Of a DNA stretch of 56,803 nucleotides, positions 9,351 through 20,863 are shown piece after piece. The notes under the pieces were generated by a model, which was not told the DNA's origin, searched no databases, and saw only the letters and a list, made by a program, of their open reading frames with translations. This DNA comes from Firmicutes bacterium CAG:884 (GTDB taxonomy: Bacteria > Bacillota_I > Bacilli_A > RF39 > UBA660): contig HF993345.1 of NCBI GenBank assembly GCA_000433875.1, forward strand, positions 1 to 56,803. Reading direction: 5' to 3'. How positions within the stretch are numbered: position 1 is the stretch's first letter; every line of letters begins with the position of its first letter. A program made the translations under genes and the position numbers.

Positions 9351-9734
9351 CTATCCACGAGGACGCTTTGGTGGTCTGCAACCATTATGAGGTATTGGTG
9401 TTATATCTGTGATTGATGTAATTTCAAGACCTGCTGTTTGTAATGAACGAATTGCTGTCTCACGACCTGAGCCTAATCCTTTTACATATACTTCGACTTT
9501 TTTCATTCCCATATCAACAGCAGCACGACCTGCAGCTTCTGCAGCCATACCAGCAGCAAATGGAGTTGATTTTTTGCTTCCTTTAAATCCTAAAGTTCCA
9601 GCAGATGCCCAACTTGCAGCATTTCCTTCTGCATCACATAGTGTAACTATTGTGTTATTGAAAGTTGATTTTATATATGCTTTACCTTCAGGTATATTTT
9701 TCTTAACTTTACGTTTTCTTGCTTTGTAAGCCAT
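9351..9734 (-). CDS. rpsK: 30S ribosomal protein S11
   Basis: [17 protein letters not shown]...[13 protein letters not shown]. Confidence 0.97.
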   Translation of the reverse strand: MAYKARKRKVKKNIPEGKAYIKSTFNNTIVTLCDAEGNAASWASAGTLGFKGSKKSTPFAAGMAAEAAGRAAVDMGMKKVEVYVKGLGSGRETAIRSLQTAGLEITSITDITPIPHNGCRPPKRPRG

Positions 9735-9751
9735 AATTAACCTCCTTTAGA

Positions 9752-10120
9752 TTAGTTTTTCTTCTTATTAGCAACGACTTTACCTTTACCCTTACGAGTT
9801 CTAGCATTACGGTTTGTTCTTTGTCCTCTTACAGGTAAACCTTTTTTATGACGAATTCCTTGATATGAATTAATTTCCATTTTAGTCTTAATATTCATAT
9901 TAACTTCACGCCTTAAGTCACCTTCAGTTAAGTACTTATTTACTTCATCACGAAGAGCGGCTACTTGTTCATTTGTTAAGTCTTTTGCCCTTATATTTTC
10001 GTCAACGCCTGCATCTTTACAAATAGTAGCAGCTAAACTTCTACCTATTCCGTAGATATAAGTTAAAGCGATGACAGTTCTTTTATTATTTGGTATATCT
10101 ACACCTTTAATACGTGCCAT
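9752..10120 (-). CDS. rpsM: 30S ribosomal protein S13
   Basis: [26 protein letters not shown]. Confidence 0.97.
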   Translation of the reverse strand: MARIKGVDIPNNKRTVIALTYIYGIGRSLAATICKDAGVDENIRAKDLTNEQVAALRDEVNKYLTEGDLRREVNMNIKTKMEINSYQGIRHKKGLPVRGQRTNRNARTRKGKGKVVANKKKN

Positions 10121-10134
10121 TTAAAGCCCTCCTT

Positions 10135-10248
10135 CTAACCTTGTCTTTGCTTATGCTTTGGATTAGTACAAATTACATATACACGTCCATTACGTCTAAT
10201 TATTTTACATTTTTCGCATCTTTTTTTTACTGATGGTTTAATTACCAT
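10135..10248 (-). CDS. rpmJ: 50S ribosomal protein L36 (Zn-ribbon form)
   Basis: Absent from the ORF track because it is under 60 aa. My translation is [37 protein letters not shown], between infA and rpsM. Confidence 0.93.
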   Translation of the reverse strand: MVIKPSVKKRCEKCKIIRRNGRVYVICTNPKHKQRQG

Positions 10249-10258
10249 AATATCCCTC

Positions 10259-10474
10259 CTACTTTCTATAGGTTATGCGCCCACGTGTTAAGTCATATGG
10301 TGATAATTCTATTGTAACTGTATCGCCTAGTGAAATGTGAATGAAATTCATTCGCATTTTACCAGAAACGTGGGCCGTTACAGTGTGTTTATTTTTAAGT
10401 TCAACTTTGAACTCTCCGTTTGGCAATACTTCAACTACTTTTCCTTCTGTTTCAATTATGTCATCTTTTGCCAT
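10259..10474 (-). CDS. infA: Translation initiation factor IF-1
   Basis: [26 protein letters not shown]...RITYR. Confidence 0.97.
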   Translation of the reverse strand: MAKDDIIETEGKVVEVLPNGEFKVELKNKHTVTAHVSGKMRMNFIHISLGDTVTIELSPYDLTRGRITYRK

Positions 10475-10478
10475 ATAA

Positions 10479-11225
10479 TCACCTCTTTGTTAATATTTCA
10501 TAGCCATCACTTGTAACTAGTACAGTGTGCTCAAAGTGTGCTGATGGTTTACCATCTGCAGTTATAACTGTCCAATCATCTTCTAGTAAGTATACTCTAC
10601 TTGTTCCTAAATTAAGCATTGGTTCAACAGCAATTACCATTCCTGCTTTTAAAACAGGACCTCTATCTTTTCGACCATAGTTTGGAACATCAGGTTCTTC
10701 GTGAACATCTGTACCAACACCATGACCAACTAATTCTTTGACAACGCCTAAATTGTATTTTCTCGCATAAGTTTCAATTGCATTACCTATTTCACCAACT
10801 CTTACTCCATCTTTAATTTTACTTAATCCTTCAAACAAAGATTCTTCGGTATGTCTCATTAAGTAAGCCTTCTCGCTACTTATGTTTCCAACAGCGTATG
10901 TCCAAGCAGAATCCCCGTGGTATCCTTTATAACAAGCTCCAATATCAATAGATATTATATCGCCATCTTTTAGTTTATAACCATTTGGGATTCCGTGAAC
11001 AACTTTATCATTTACTGAAGTACATATAGCCGCAGGAAATCCATCATAATTTTTAAATGATGGATAAGCATCCCTTGATCTTATATACTTTTCTGCCAAT
11101 TCATCTAATTCTTTTGTAGTAACTCCTGGTTTTATATATTTTTTCAAATAGTTATGTGTATCACCAACAATTGAACCAGCAATACGCATAAGTTCTATTT
11201 GTTCTGGAGTTTTAATTGTTATCAT
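10479..11225 (-). CDS. map: Type I methionine aminopeptidase
   Basis: Metal-ligand blocks [21 protein letters not shown] and EPML, in conserved position. Confidence 0.95.
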   Translation of the reverse strand: MITIKTPEQIELMRIAGSIVGDTHNYLKKYIKPGVTTKELDELAEKYIRSRDAYPSFKNYDGFPAAICTSVNDKVVHGIPNGYKLKDGDIISIDIGACYKGYHGDSAWTYAVGNISSEKAYLMRHTEESLFEGLSKIKDGVRVGEIGNAIETYARKYNLGVVKELVGHGVGTDVHEEPDVPNYGRKDRGPVLKAGMVIAVEPMLNLGTSRVYLLEDDWTVITADGKPSAHFEHTVLVTSDGYEILTKR

Positions 11226-11874
11226 TTTTTAAGATCCTTTCGACTTGTAAATCAGTATGTTCTTTTGATATAGAACTATCAACCGTATTTAATACACCTT
11301 TTGCTTTATAATAATCAATTAATTTAGATGTTTTATCAACATATGTATTAAATCTCTCATCAAATGTAGCAGCTGTATCATCAGTTCTCTTATAAAGCGC
11401 TACGTGACAAGTATCACATATTCCTTCCATTTGTGGTTTTAAGCCTTCTACTAATGTATTATAAACTTTACCACATTTTGGACAAGATATACGACCAATT
11501 ATACGATTTCTAGCAGTTTCTTTATCAATATTTAGATAAATTACGACTCCAAGATCCTTACCTATACTTTTAAGCATATTTTCATATATTCTTGCTTGCA
11601 TAACTGTTCTTGGAAATCCATCTAAAATATAACCATCTTTACAATCATCTTCTAGAATTCTTTCTCTCAATAGTTTTACAACTATATCATCTTCAACTAA
11701 AGCACCATGCTCTAGTTCATCTTTTATTTCTAATCCTTCTTCAGTATTTTCTGTACTTGCTTTTCTTAGTAAGTCACCTGTTGAGATATGTGGAATATTG
11801 TATCTTTCCTTCAATATTGCAGCCTCTGTGCCTTTACCAGCAGCAGGAGGTGCGATTAGAATTATACTTTTCAT
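11212..11874 (-). CDS. adk: Adenylate kinase (Zn-binding lid)
   Basis: P-loop PPAAGKGT, ISTGDLLR, and lid cysteines CPKCG...CDTC. Confidence 0.95.
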   Translation of the reverse strand: MKSIILIAPPAAGKGTEAAILKERYNIPHISTGDLLRKASTENTEEGLEIKDELEHGALVEDDIVVKLLRERILEDDCKDGYILDGFPRTVMQARIYENMLKSIGKDLGVVIYLNIDKETARNRIIGRISCPKCGKVYNTLVEGLKPQMEGICDTCHVALYKRTDDTAATFDERFNTYVDKTSKLIDYYKAKGVLNTVDSSISKEHTDLQVERILKNDNN

Positions 11875-13142
11875 CTTCTTCTCCCCTTTTGATAATTCTT
11901 ACTTATTATTTCACTTTCTACTTGTTTATATGTTTCAAGTGCTACACCTACAGCAATTAATAATCCTGTTCCACCAAGGGAAATATTTTGATCATTAATT
12001 TTAGTTACTGCAGAGAATAGTATTGGAATAGCCGCAAGCACTGCTAAACTTATTGTTCCAACCAATGTTATTCTCTTTAAAACATCAGTTATATATTTTG
12101 TTGTATTTTCACCTGGTCTAACACCTGGTATATAGCCTCCATTTTTTTGCAAATTTTCAGCAACATCTTTTGGTTTTAATTGAATATAGAATGTATAGAA
12201 ATATCCAAAAGCAATTATTAATGCAATATAAAGGATAAATCCTGTAACACTATTATATGAAATCCAATTTTCATAAAACTTAGTAAATGCTGGTTTGTTA
12301 ATTGCACCCGCAACCATACCTGGAATAGATATAAATGCTGATGCCAATATAACTGGCATAACACCTGCTGAATTTAACTTAAATGGAATATAGTTATCTT
12401 TTGTAAATACAGTTCCTGATTTATTTGAATATTGAATTGTAACTCTTCTTTCAGCATTATCTACAAATATAATACCAATTATAATTGCAAAATACAAAAT
12501 TATAAATAATATAAATAGTACAATTCCCCAAACGTTTCCAAATGTTCCATTTACTATGAAGCTTCTATAAGCTCCAATAAATGTAGTTGGTAAACTTGAT
12601 ACGATACCTGCCATTATTAATAGAGATATACCATTACCAATACCTTTGCTTGTCATTTGGTCACCCATCCATAATAGGAATGCTGTTCCAGCTGTTAATA
12701 CTAATGAATATAGTAAATAATCAGTTGGACTTGCACTTTTTCCTAAATACATAAATGAATATAGATATCCTTGTGCGAATGCTAAAGCAATACCCATAAT
12801 TCTAGTTATTTTATTTAGTTTTTGTCTTCCTGTATATCCTTCTTTTGCTAAGTCAGAGAAATAAGGAATAATATCCATTTCCAAAAACTGAACAATAATG
12901 GATGCTGATATGTACGGCATTACACCGAGCGCGAATATTGAAAAGTTGCCTAATGATCCACCATTCATAACATTAAAGAATTCAAACAATCCTAGATTTC
13001 CTGTTAATTGCACCTTAGGTAAACCTGGTACAACGATAGCTTTTCCTACAACAAATATTAATAAGCACATTAATGTGAAAAGAATTCTTTTTCTTAGGTC
13101 TTTGTGTTTAGTGCTAAATATTTGCTTAATATTTGCAAACAT
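11871..13142 (-). CDS. secY: Preprotein translocase subunit SecY
   Basis: 423-aa polytopic membrane ORF between rplO and adk. Confidence 0.95.
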   Translation of the reverse strand: MFANIKQIFSTKHKDLRKRILFTLMCLLIFVVGKAIVVPGLPKVQLTGNLGLFEFFNVMNGGSLGNFSIFALGVMPYISASIIVQFLEMDIIPYFSDLAKEGYTGRQKLNKITRIMGIALAFAQGYLYSFMYLGKSASPTDYLLYSLVLTAGTAFLLWMGDQMTSKGIGNGISLLIMAGIVSSLPTTFIGAYRSFIVNGTFGNVWGIVLFILFIILYFAIIIGIIFVDNAERRVTIQYSNKSGTVFTKDNYIPFKLNSAGVMPVILASAFISIPGMVAGAINKPAFTKFYENWISYNSVTGFILYIALIIAFGYFYTFYIQLKPKDVAENLQKNGGYIPGVRPGENTTKYITDVLKRITLVGTISLAVLAAIPILFSAVTKINDQNISLGGTGLLIAVGVALETYKQVESEIISKNYQKGRRR

Positions 13143-13143
13143 A

Positions 13144-13587
13144 TTAGATCACCTCTGTTGTTCCACCTAAGGCTTCTATTTCTTTTTTAGCTGTTTCTGA
13201 GAACTTATTTGCTTTAACATTTAATTTCTTAGTTAATTTACCATTACCTAATACTTTTATTCCATCTAAACTATTTTTAATAACTCCCATTTCTTTTAAT
13301 AAAGTAGGTGTTACTTCAGTTCCCTCAGCAAATCTTTCTAAATCACTTAGGTTAATTGTTGCATATCTGATTTTGAACTTAGCATTTGAGAAACCTCTCT
13401 TTGGTAAGCGTCTGAATAATGGTAATTGTCCACCTTCAAATCCTACTCTAACTCCGCCACCAGATCTTGCATTTTGACCTTTATGACCTTTACCACTAGT
13501 TTTACCTAGTCCAGAGCTAGTACCACGACCAACTCTTTTTCTTTCTTTAAAAGCACCTTCGGTAGGTGTAATATTATTTAGCTTCAT
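13144..13587 (-). CDS. rplO: 50S ribosomal protein L15
   Basis: [27 protein letters not shown]. Confidence 0.97.
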   Translation of the reverse strand: MKLNNITPTEGAFKERKRVGRGTSSGLGKTSGKGHKGQNARSGGGVRVGFEGGQLPLFRRLPKRGFSNAKFKIRYATINLSDLERFAEGTEVTPTLLKEMGVIKNSLDGIKVLGNGKLTKKLNVKANKFSETAKKEIEALGGTTEVI

Positions 13588-14090
13588 AATATATCCTCTA
13601 CTTTCTTACCGCGCATTTCTGCCACTTCTAAGGCTGTTCTTTGGGCTTTTAGAGCTTTTAATGTCGCATATGCTACATTTATTTGTGTTTTTGATCCTAA
13701 TGATTTAGAGATAACATCTTTAACACCAGCAAGTTCTAGAACTGCTCTTACTGGACCACCAGCTTTAACTCCAACACCTTCTGCAGCTGGCTTCAAAAGT
13801 ACACGGCTAGCGCCTTGTTCACCAATTGCTTCATGTGGGATAGTTCTATTATCTACTAAAGAAATTCTTGAAACATTTTTAGTTGCAGCTTCAACAGCTT
13901 TCTTAATTGCATCTGGTACTTCATTTGCTTTACCTGTTCCAAGTCCAACTTGTCCTTTACGATCACCAACTGCTGCTGTTACAGCGAAACGGAAGTGACG
14001 TCCACCTTTTGCTACTTTAGTAACACGGCCAATGTTAATTATTTCTTCTTCAAATTGTTTAGGACGTGGTTCTCTTTTTCTTTTTTCCAT
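13584..14090 (-). CDS. rpsE: 30S ribosomal protein S5
   Basis: [26 protein letters not shown]. The stop overlaps the rplO start (ATGA). Confidence 0.97.
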   Translation of the reverse strand: MEKRKREPRPKQFEEEIINIGRVTKVAKGGRHFRFAVTAAVGDRKGQVGLGTGKANEVPDAIKKAVEAATKNVSRISLVDNRTIPHEAIGEQGASRVLLKPAAEGVGVKAGGPVRAVLELAGVKDVISKSLGSKTQINVAYATLKALKAQRTALEVAEMRGKKVEDIL

Positions 14091-14101
14091 TTTGTCCTCC
14101 T

Positions 14102-14464
14102 TTAGAATTCTAAGCCGTTTTCGCGTGCTGCATCTGCTAATGCTTCAACACGTCCATGATATTGGTATCCACCTCTATCAAATACGACTTTGCTTATTTT
14201 TGCTTTTTTTGCTCTTTTAGCGATTAATTCACCAACTTTTGTAGCTGCTTCAATATTTCCACCGTTTTCAAGATTTAATTCTTTATCGATAGAAGAAGCA
14301 CTAACTAAAGTCTTATTTGCTTCATCATCTATTATTTGGGCAAAAATGTTTTTATTTGATCTAAACACATTTAATCTTGGAACTTCACTAGTTCCTTTTA
14401 CAGATTCTCTAATTCTAACGTGTCTAGCAATACGTTTTTCATTACGAGATACTTGTTTTATCAT
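14102..14464 (-). CDS. rplR: 50S ribosomal protein L18
   Basis: [34 protein letters not shown]. Confidence 0.97.
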   Translation of the reverse strand: MIKQVSRNEKRIARHVRIRESVKGTSEVPRLNVFRSNKNIFAQIIDDEANKTLVSASSIDKELNLENGGNIEAATKVGELIAKRAKKAKISKVVFDRGGYQYHGRVEALADAARENGLEF

Positions 14465-14480
14465 AAGTTATTCTCCTTTA

Positions 14481-15014
14481 CTATTTAGAAGCTTTCTTGC
14501 CTTCTTTGCGAATTATATGTTCGTCTTTGTATTTAATACCTTTACCTTTATATGGCTCTGGTGGTCTTACTTTACGAATATTTGCAGAAAATTCGCCAAC
14601 TTGCTCTTTATTTATTCCTTTTACTGTTATTTCAGTATTACTTGGACTATCTACTGTAATTCCTTCTGGAATTTCCATTTCTACAGGGTGTGAATATCCT
14701 GCAGTAATTACTAATGTTTTACCTTTTACTTGAAAACGATAACCAACACCAACTGATTCAAGGCTTTTTTCAAAACCATGAGTAACGCCTTCAATCATAT
14801 TCTTGATATTAGCGTTTGCAGTTCCGTGGAAGTTTTTATATTCATCACTATTTCTAGTAATTTTTACTTCGTTTTCTTCTACACAAACATTAATATTTGC
14901 ATTTACTTCAGTAGAAAGTTCACCTTTTGGTCCTTTAACTGTAACTTTGTTACCATCAACGCTAACTGTTACACCTGCAGGAACTGTTAAAATACGATTA
15001 CCAATTCTTGACAT
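14481..15014 (-). CDS. rplF: 50S ribosomal protein L6
   Basis: MSRIGNRILTVPAGVTVSVDGNKVTVKGPKGEL. Confidence 0.97.
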   Translation of the reverse strand: MSRIGNRILTVPAGVTVSVDGNKVTVKGPKGELSTEVNANINVCVEENEVKITRNSDEYKNFHGTANANIKNMIEGVTHGFEKSLESVGVGYRFQVKGKTLVITAGYSHPVEMEIPEGITVDSPSNTEITVKGINKEQVGEFSANIRKVRPPEPYKGKGIKYKDEHIIRKEGKKASK

Positions 15015-15027
15015 ATATTTATCCTTC

Positions 15028-15423
15028 CTACCAAACGTAAGCTAATACTTCGCCACCAAGAGATAATTCACGAGCTTTTTTATCAGTCATAACTCCTTTA
15101 GAAGTAGATATGATTGCAATTCCTAAACCGTTTAATACTTTTGGTACTTCATCAGCTTTTACATATACACGTAATCCTGGTTTAGATATTTTCTTTAAAC
15201 CTGTTATAACGCGTACCTTATTTTCTGTATATTTTAAATTAATAACAATTATATTTTGTACATTATTCTTTTTGATTTTGTAATCATTTACAAAACCTTC
15301 TTCTTTTAATATTTTCGCGATTTCGATTTTTAAATTTGAAGCGGGTACTTCAACTTCCTTATCACGCATTTGATTGGCATTTCTAATACGTGTAAGCATA
15401 TCGGCGATTGGATCTGTTACCAT
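15028..15423 (-). CDS. rpsH: 30S ribosomal protein S8
   Basis: [16 protein letters not shown], with the start trimmed to this ATG. Confidence 0.96.
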   Translation of the reverse strand: MVTDPIADMLTRIRNANQMRDKEVEVPASNLKIEIAKILKEEGFVNDYKIKKNNVQNIIVINLKYTENKVRVITGLKKISKPGLRVYVKADEVPKVLNGLGIAIISTSKGVMTDKKARELSLGGEVLAYVW

Positions 15424-15451
15424 TATATTTCCTCCCTTCAATTATCAAGAA

Positions 15452-15637
15452 TTACCAACTAGATTTAGTAACCCCTGGTATTTGTCCCTTATATGCTAAT
15501 TCCCTAAAACAAATACGGCATATTCCATATTTTTTAAGTACTGCGTGTGGTCTTCCACATCTTTTACATCTAGTGTATTCACGTACTTTGAATTTTTGGG
15601 GTTTATTAGCTTTTATTATCATACTTTTTTTAGCCAT
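15452..15637 (-). CDS. rpsN: 30S ribosomal protein S14, type Z (Zn-binding, 61 aa)
   Basis: [23 protein letters not shown] contains two CxxC pairs. Confidence 0.96.
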   Translation of the reverse strand: MAKKSMIIKANKPQKFKVREYTRCKRCGRPHAVLKKYGICRICFRELAYKGQIPGVTKSSW

Positions 15638-15645
15638 AATTCCTC

Positions 15646-16185
15646 CTATTTCTTAAATGGCATACCGAAACCTTTTAAAAGATCGTATGCTTCTTCATTA
15701 GATTTAGCAGTTGTAACGAATACGATATCCATACCTCTTACTTTAACAACATTATCATATTCTATTTCAGAGAATATTAATTGTTCTGTTAAGCCTAGTG
15801 TATAATTACCTCTTCCATCAAATGCTGTACTTGATACACCTCTAAAGTCACGTACACGTGGTAATGTAATACTAATTAATTTATCTAAAAAGTTATACAT
15901 ATTTTCTCCACGTAATGTTACTTTACAACCGATTGCTTGACCAGCTCTAATCTTAAATCCAGCAATAGCTTTCTTAGCTTTTGTAGCAACTGGTTTTTGG
16001 TCAGTAATTAACTCTAAATCAGTCATTGCAGCCTCAAGTAATTTACTATTTGAGCTAGCATCACCACATCCAATGTTAACAACTATCTTTTCTAATCTAG
16101 GAACTTGTAATACGTTCTTATAGCCATATTTTTCTTTTAAACTAGGTATGATTTCTTTATTATATACTTCTTTTAGGCGGTTCAT
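15646..16185 (-). CDS. rplE: 50S ribosomal protein L5
   Basis: [16 protein letters not shown]...[18 protein letters not shown]. Confidence 0.97.
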   Translation of the reverse strand: MNRLKEVYNKEIIPSLKEKYGYKNVLQVPRLEKIVVNIGCGDASSNSKLLEAAMTDLELITDQKPVATKAKKAIAGFKIRAGQAIGCKVTLRGENMYNFLDKLISITLPRVRDFRGVSSTAFDGRGNYTLGLTEQLIFSEIEYDNVVKVRGMDIVFVTTAKSNEEAYDLLKGFGMPFKK

Positions 16186-16198
16186 ATTTTCCCTCCTC

Positions 16199-16507
16199 CT
16201 AACTTAATTTCTCATTAGATTTTTTTGTAACACGTACTTTTTTACCATTTTTATCAACTTCATGACCTATTCTTGAAGTTTTACCGCTTTTTGGCTCAAC
16301 AATCATTGCGTTTGATGCGTGGATTGGAGCTTCACGGTCAACAATACTGCCTTCGTTTTGTCCGTTTGGTTTTACGTGTTTTTTAACCATATTAACGCCT
16401 TCAATGACGATTTTGTTTTCTTCTTTTAATATTTGTGTTATTGTTCCTTCTTTACCTTTATTAGATCCAGATATAACTCTAACACGATCTCCTTTTTTGA
16501 AGTTCAT
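16199..16507 (-). CDS. rplX: 50S ribosomal protein L24
   Basis: [20 protein letters not shown] (KOW motif). Confidence 0.96.
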   Translation of the reverse strand: MNFKKGDRVRVISGSNKGKEGTITQILKEENKIVIEGVNMVKKHVKPNGQNEGSIVDREAPIHASNAMIVEPKSGKTSRIGHEVDKNGKKVRVTKKSNEKLS

Positions 16508-16528
16508 TCTTATCCTCCTTTATGAATT

Positions 16529-16894
16529 TTATAACACTTCTTTAGCAAGCGATACAATTTTCATATAATCATCACGCAATTCACGTGCTACCGGTCCAAA
16601 TATACGAGTTCCAACTGGACTCTTATCTTCTTTAATAATAACGCAAGCATTATCATCAAATTTGATATATGATCCATCAGCTCTTCTTAGACCGAATTTA
16701 CTTCTAACTACAACAGCTTTAACAACTTTTCCTTTTGCTACTGTTCCGTTAGGAGTTGCTTTTTTTACGGTTCCAACTACTATGTCACCGATATTTCCAG
16801 TTTTAACTTTGCTGCCTCCTAGAACACGAATAACGCTTAGTTCACGAGCTCCAGAATTATCAGCAACTTTTAATCTGCTTTCTTGTTGAATCAT
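16529..16894 (-). CDS. rplN: 50S ribosomal protein L14
   Basis: [18 protein letters not shown]. Confidence 0.97.
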   Translation of the reverse strand: MIQQESRLKVADNSGARELSVIRVLGGSKVKTGNIGDIVVGTVKKATPNGTVAKGKVVKAVVVRSKFGLRRADGSYIKFDDNACVIIKEDKSPVGTRIFGPVARELRDDYMKIVSLAKEVL

Positions 16895-16914
16895 TATAAT
16901 TCCTCCTCTTACAA

Positions 16915-17169
16915 TTATATTATAATTGCTTTTTCTACTACTTCAACTAAACGATAGTGCTTTGTTCTTGAAAGCGGTCTAGTTTCAACTATTTTTACTG
17001 TATCTCCGACTTTTGCTTCATTTTTTTCATCGTGTGCAGCATATTTTTTAGAATATTTAACTCTTTTACCATATAAGCTATCTTTTTTATATGTTTCAAC
17101 TAAAACAGTAATAGTTTTATCTGTTTTATCTGATACTACTTTACCAACTAATACTCTTTTATTTTCCAT
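16915..17169 (-). CDS. rpsQ: 30S ribosomal protein S17
   Basis: [18 protein letters not shown]...[11 protein letters not shown]. Confidence 0.96.
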   Translation of the reverse strand: MENKRVLVGKVVSDKTDKTITVLVETYKKDSLYGKRVKYSKKYAAHDEKNEAKVGDTVKIVETRPLSRTKHYRLVEVVEKAIII

Positions 17170-17170
17170 A

Positions 17171-17371
17171 TTATTTTTCCTCCTTTAGTTCTCTTTCACG
17201 TAAGATTGTTTTAGCACGTGCTACTAAAGTACGTAATTCACGAATACGTGAAGGTTTTTCTAAATTTCCTTTAGCTTGGTTAAATCTTAAGTTAAATAAT
17301 TCTGCTTTGCTTTCTTCAATCTTTTTAAGTAGATCGGCGCTTGATAATTTTCTTAATTCTTCATTTGTCAT
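17171..17371 (-). CDS. rpmC: 50S ribosomal protein L29
   Basis: [24 protein letters not shown]. Confidence 0.95.
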   Translation of the reverse strand: MTNEELRKLSSADLLKKIEESKAELFNLRFNQAKGNLEKPSRIRELRTLVARAKTILRERELKEEK

Positions 17372-17796
17372 GCGACATCACCACTTTCTTCTTTTTTTAC
17401 AAACTTACAAGTTACAGGTAACTTATGCATAGCTAAACGTAGTGCTTCACGAGCAGTTGCTTCATCAACACCAGCTATTTCAAACATAATTTTACCTTTC
17501 TTAACAACGGCAACCCATAATTCTGGTTGACCTTTACCTTTACCCATACGAGTTTCTAGAGGTATTTTTGTTAATGATAAGTGTGGGAATATATTAATCC
17601 ATACCTTACCACCACGTTTCATATAACGTGTCATTGCTACACGAGCTGCTTCGATTTGTTTTTCAGTAATCCAAGCACCTTCTAAAGCCATTAGACCATA
17701 ATCACCAAAGCTTAAAGTTGTATTACCTTTAGCATTTCCATCGTAACGTAAACGATGTGGTCTTCTATATTTAGTTCTTTTTGGTATTACGCCCAT
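17368..17796 (-). CDS. rplP: 50S ribosomal protein L16
   Basis: [15 protein letters not shown], with an ATG 8 nt after a GGAGG SD. The listed longer ORF is an upstream extension. Confidence 0.95.
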   Translation of the reverse strand: MGVIPKRTKYRRPHRLRYDGNAKGNTTLSFGDYGLMALEGAWITEKQIEAARVAMTRYMKRGGKVWINIFPHLSLTKIPLETRMGKGKGQPELWVAVVKKGKIMFEIAGVDEATAREALRLAMHKLPVTCKFVKKEESGDVA

Positions 17797-18448
17797 GTTC
17801 TTTACCTCCTTCTTTCTTTCCAGGAAGTATTTCACCTTTGTAAATCCATACTTTTACACCAATTTTACCGAATGCTGTATCAGCTTCTTTATTAGCATAA
17901 TCGATGTTAGCTCTAATTGTATGAAGTGGTATATTACCTTCTGAATATCCTTCACTTCTAGCAATATCTGCTCCGCCTAAACGTCCAGATACTGATGTTT
18001 TAATTCCTTTTGCTCCGGCTTTCATTGTATTTCTGATAGCTCTCTTTTGTGCAACACGGAATGAAACACGATTTTCAATAGCAGTTGCTATTGATTGCGC
18101 TACTAGGGCTGCATCTAAGTCTGGGTTCTTAACTTCCATTATAGAAATTTGAATTTCTTCATTTACTAATTTATTTAATTCTTTCTTTAATTTTTCAATT
18201 TCATCGCCACCGTGACCAATTACTACACCTGGTTTTGCGGTATTGATGATAACTTCTGTTTTCTTTTGGTTTCTATTAATTAAAATACTTGAAACTGCTG
18301 CTTCTTTTAATCTTTTACTTAAATACTTACGAATTTTTTCATCACTTTGTAAGAAATTAGCAAAATCCTTATTTGAAGCAAACCATTTTGATTCCCAAGT
18401 TTTATTAACACCCATTCTAAATCCTATCGGACTAACTTTTTGACCCAT
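17771..18448 (-). CDS. rpsC: 30S ribosomal protein S3
   Basis: [23 protein letters not shown]. The C-terminal tail runs 26 nt into rplP. Confidence 0.96.
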   Translation of the reverse strand: MGQKVSPIGFRMGVNKTWESKWFASNKDFANFLQSDEKIRKYLSKRLKEAAVSSILINRNQKKTEVIINTAKPGVVIGHGGDEIEKLKKELNKLVNEEIQISIMEVKNPDLDAALVAQSIATAIENRVSFRVAQKRAIRNTMKAGAKGIKTSVSGRLGGADIARSEGYSEGNIPLHTIRANIDYANKEADTAFGKIGVKVWIYKGEILPGKKEGGKEHGRNTKKN

Positions 18449-18460
18449 TAGGTTTCCTCC

Positions 18461-18796
18461 TTATTTGTTATCACTTACTACAATTGTGATGTGGCAAGTT
18501 CTTTTCTTTATTGGATCTACGTGTCCACGAGAACCGAATTTCATTCTTTTCATAACGACTCCCTCATTCACGTAAGCTTCCTTAACTATTAGATTTTCTT
18601 TTTCTAAATTTAAATTGTGTTCAGCATTTGCTACTGCTGATTTTAATACTTTACGAATGGCACGCGCAGCATCTTTGTTCAAGTTAGATAAAATATTATC
18701 TGCTTCAACAACGCTTTTTCCACGAATTAAGTCAATTGTTAAACGACATTTACGTGGTGCGATTCTAACTGTATAAGCGATTGCTTTTGCTTCCAT
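18461..18796 (-). CDS. rplV: 50S ribosomal protein L22
   Basis: RIAPRKCRLTIDLIRGK. Confidence 0.96.
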   Translation of the reverse strand: MEAKAIAYTVRIAPRKCRLTIDLIRGKSVVEADNILSNLNKDAARAIRKVLKSAVANAEHNLNLEKENLIVKEAYVNEGVVMKRMKFGSRGHVDPIKKRTCHITIVVSDNK

Positions 18797-18819
18797 GCAT
18801 ATCCTCCTTTATGGTTTTA

Positions 18820-19089
18820 TTACTTTTCCTTTTGATCGCCGTGTCCACCAAACTTACGTGTTGGAACGAACTCTCCTAATTTATGTCCTACCATATCTTC
18901 AGTTATATATACTGGAACAAATTCTTTTCCATTATGTACTGCGAATGTTAGACCTATAAAGTCAGGGAAAATAGTTGAACGACGTGACCATGTTTTTATT
19001 ACTTCTTTTTTAGTAGATGCATTTGCTGCTTCAACTTTCTTCATTAAATGTTCATCAGCAAATGGTCCTTTTTTTAGACTTCTAGCCAT
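18820..19089 (-). CDS. rpsS: 30S ribosomal protein S19
   Basis: [15 protein letters not shown]...[23 protein letters not shown]. Confidence 0.97.
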   Translation of the reverse strand: MARSLKKGPFADEHLMKKVEAANASTKKEVIKTWSRRSTIFPDFIGLTFAVHNGKEFVPVYITEDMVGHKLGEFVPTRKFGGHGDQKEK

Positions 19090-19098
19090 TTAAGTTCC

Positions 19099-19932
19099 TC
19101 ACTTTCTCTTACGTCCACGTACGATTAATTTAGTTGAACTTTTTTTATTCTTACGTGTCTTGTATCCTAATGCAGGTTTACCCCATGGAGTAACTGGTCC
19201 TTTACGTCCGATTGGTGCACGTCCTTCACCACCACCATGAGGGTGATCGTTAGGGTTCATAACTGATCCTCTAACTGTAGGCTTAATTCCCATATGACGA
19301 GTACGTCCAGCTTTTCCTAAATTAACTAATTCGTGATCGGCGTTTCCAACTTCACCAACTGTTGCTCTGCAAGTTGATAATAGTTTACGAACTTCACCAC
19401 TTGTTAATCTTATTAATGTATATTTTCCTTCAGTTCCTAATACTTGAGCGCTTGAACCAGCAGAACGAACTAATTGTCCACCCTTACCAGGTAACATCTC
19501 AATATTATGTATTAATGTTCCTTCAGGAATATTCGCTAGTGCTAAGTTGTTACCAACTAAAATATCAACTTTTTCACCACTTATTATTTTTGAACCAACT
19601 GTTAATCCTTTAGGTGCTAAGATATATCTTTTTTCACCATCAATATAGTTGATTAAAGCGATGTTTGCACTTCTATTTGGATCATATTCAATGCTTGCTA
19701 CATTTCCTACGATACCATCTTTATTTCTCTTGAAATCAATTAAACGATATTTACGTTTTTCACCGCCACCGCGATGTCTTACAGTAATACGTCCTTGATT
19801 ATTACGACCGCTATTTTTCTTTAATACTGTGAGTAATGATTTTTCTGGTGTACTACTAGTAATTTCTTCATTTACTAAGGTAGTCATTCCTCTTAAACCA
19901 TTAGTCATAGGTTTGTAACTTTTTATTGCCAT
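19099..19932 (-). CDS. rplB: 50S ribosomal protein L2
   Basis: [18 protein letters not shown]...[13 protein letters not shown]. Confidence 0.97.
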   Translation of the reverse strand: MAIKSYKPMTNGLRGMTTLVNEEITSSTPEKSLLTVLKKNSGRNNQGRITVRHRGGGEKRKYRLIDFKRNKDGIVGNVASIEYDPNRSANIALINYIDGEKRYILAPKGLTVGSKIISGEKVDILVGNNLALANIPEGTLIHNIEMLPGKGGQLVRSAGSSAQVLGTEGKYTLIRLTSGEVRKLLSTCRATVGEVGNADHELVNLGKAGRTRHMGIKPTVRGSVMNPNDHPHGGGEGRAPIGRKGPVTPWGKPALGYKTRKNKKSSTKLIVRGRKRK

Positions 19933-19950
19933 AATATATCCTCCTTACAA

Positions 19951-20229
19951 CTAATTAAGTTCGATTGAACTACCCTCTTTTAGTGTAACAATAGCTTTTT
20001 TTACTTTGTTTGTTTTACCAGGATAGCGACCAACTCTTTTTTTCTTTGGTCTTACGTTAATTGTATTAACGCTTTCTACTTTTACGTTGAATAATTTTTC
20101 AACAGCGTCTTTTATTTCAATTTTATTTGCTTTAGTATCAACGCTTAACGTTATTTGATTATTATTTTGTGCTATCTCAGAACTCTTTTCAGTAATGATT
20201 GGTCCTTTAATAATGTCATATTTTTTCAT
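19951..20229 (-). CDS. rplW: 50S ribosomal protein L23
   Basis: [11 protein letters not shown]...KVESVNT, in conserved position. Confidence 0.95.
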   Translation of the reverse strand: MKKYDIIKGPIITEKSSEIAQNNNQITLSVDTKANKIEIKDAVEKLFNVKVESVNTINVRPKKKRVGRYPGKTNKVKKAIVTLKEGSSIELN

Positions 20230-20852
20230 TATTTAAGCGCCTCCTCTACTTGTTTTAGTGCTTTTTCTGTTATAACCATTTTGTCAGATGCAACTATATC
20301 ATACGTATTAATTTCATCTGCTGATAATAACATTACGTTTTCTAGATTTCTTGTTGATAATATTAAGTTATCAGTTAATTCATCAGTTACTAATAATACT
20401 TTTCCCTCAACATTTAATCCTTTTAACATTGCTTTAGCATCTTTTGTCTTATTACCTACTACATTTAAGTTATCAACAACAATTAATTCATTATCAATTA
20501 CTTTATAAGCAAGCGCTGATTTAAGAGCTAAACGTCTTTCTTTTCTATTCATTTTGAAACTATAATCACGATTATGTGGTCCAAATACTATTCCACCGTG
20601 ATACCATTGTGCTGCACGGATAGATCCTTGTCTAGCACGAGCAGTTCCTTTTTGTCTCCAAGGTTTACGTCCACCACCACTTACTTCACTTCTTGTTTTA
20701 GTTTCAGCAGTACCTTGTCTACGACTATTTCTTGCTAAACGAATAGCATCGTATAAAGTTGTATCATTTGGAACTATCCCAAATACCTCTTCACATAAGG
20801 TAATATCATTTACTTTTTCACCTTTAACATTTAAAACTGTTACTTTTTCCAT
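20229..20852 (-). CDS. rplD: 50S ribosomal protein L4
   Basis: [33 protein letters not shown]. Confidence 0.97.
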   Translation of the reverse strand: MEKVTVLNVKGEKVNDITLCEEVFGIVPNDTTLYDAIRLARNSRRQGTAETKTRSEVSGGGRKPWRQKGTARARQGSIRAAQWYHGGIVFGPHNRDYSFKMNRKERRLALKSALAYKVIDNELIVVDNLNVVGNKTKDAKAMLKGLNVEGKVLLVTDELTDNLILSTRNLENVMLLSADEINTYDIVASDKMVITEKALKQVEEALK

Positions 20853-20863
20853 TTTATTACCTC

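Noticed and set aside
9409-9729. Long plus-strand ORFs lie inside the ribosomal operon. Examples are 8514..8756, 9409..9729, 14190..14693, 14497..14733, 14778..15045, 16662..16889, 18243..18443, 19362..19613 and 20155..20508.
   Set aside because: All lie antisense to highly conserved ribosomal-protein genes. They have no SD and give low-complexity translations, so they are shadow ORFs.
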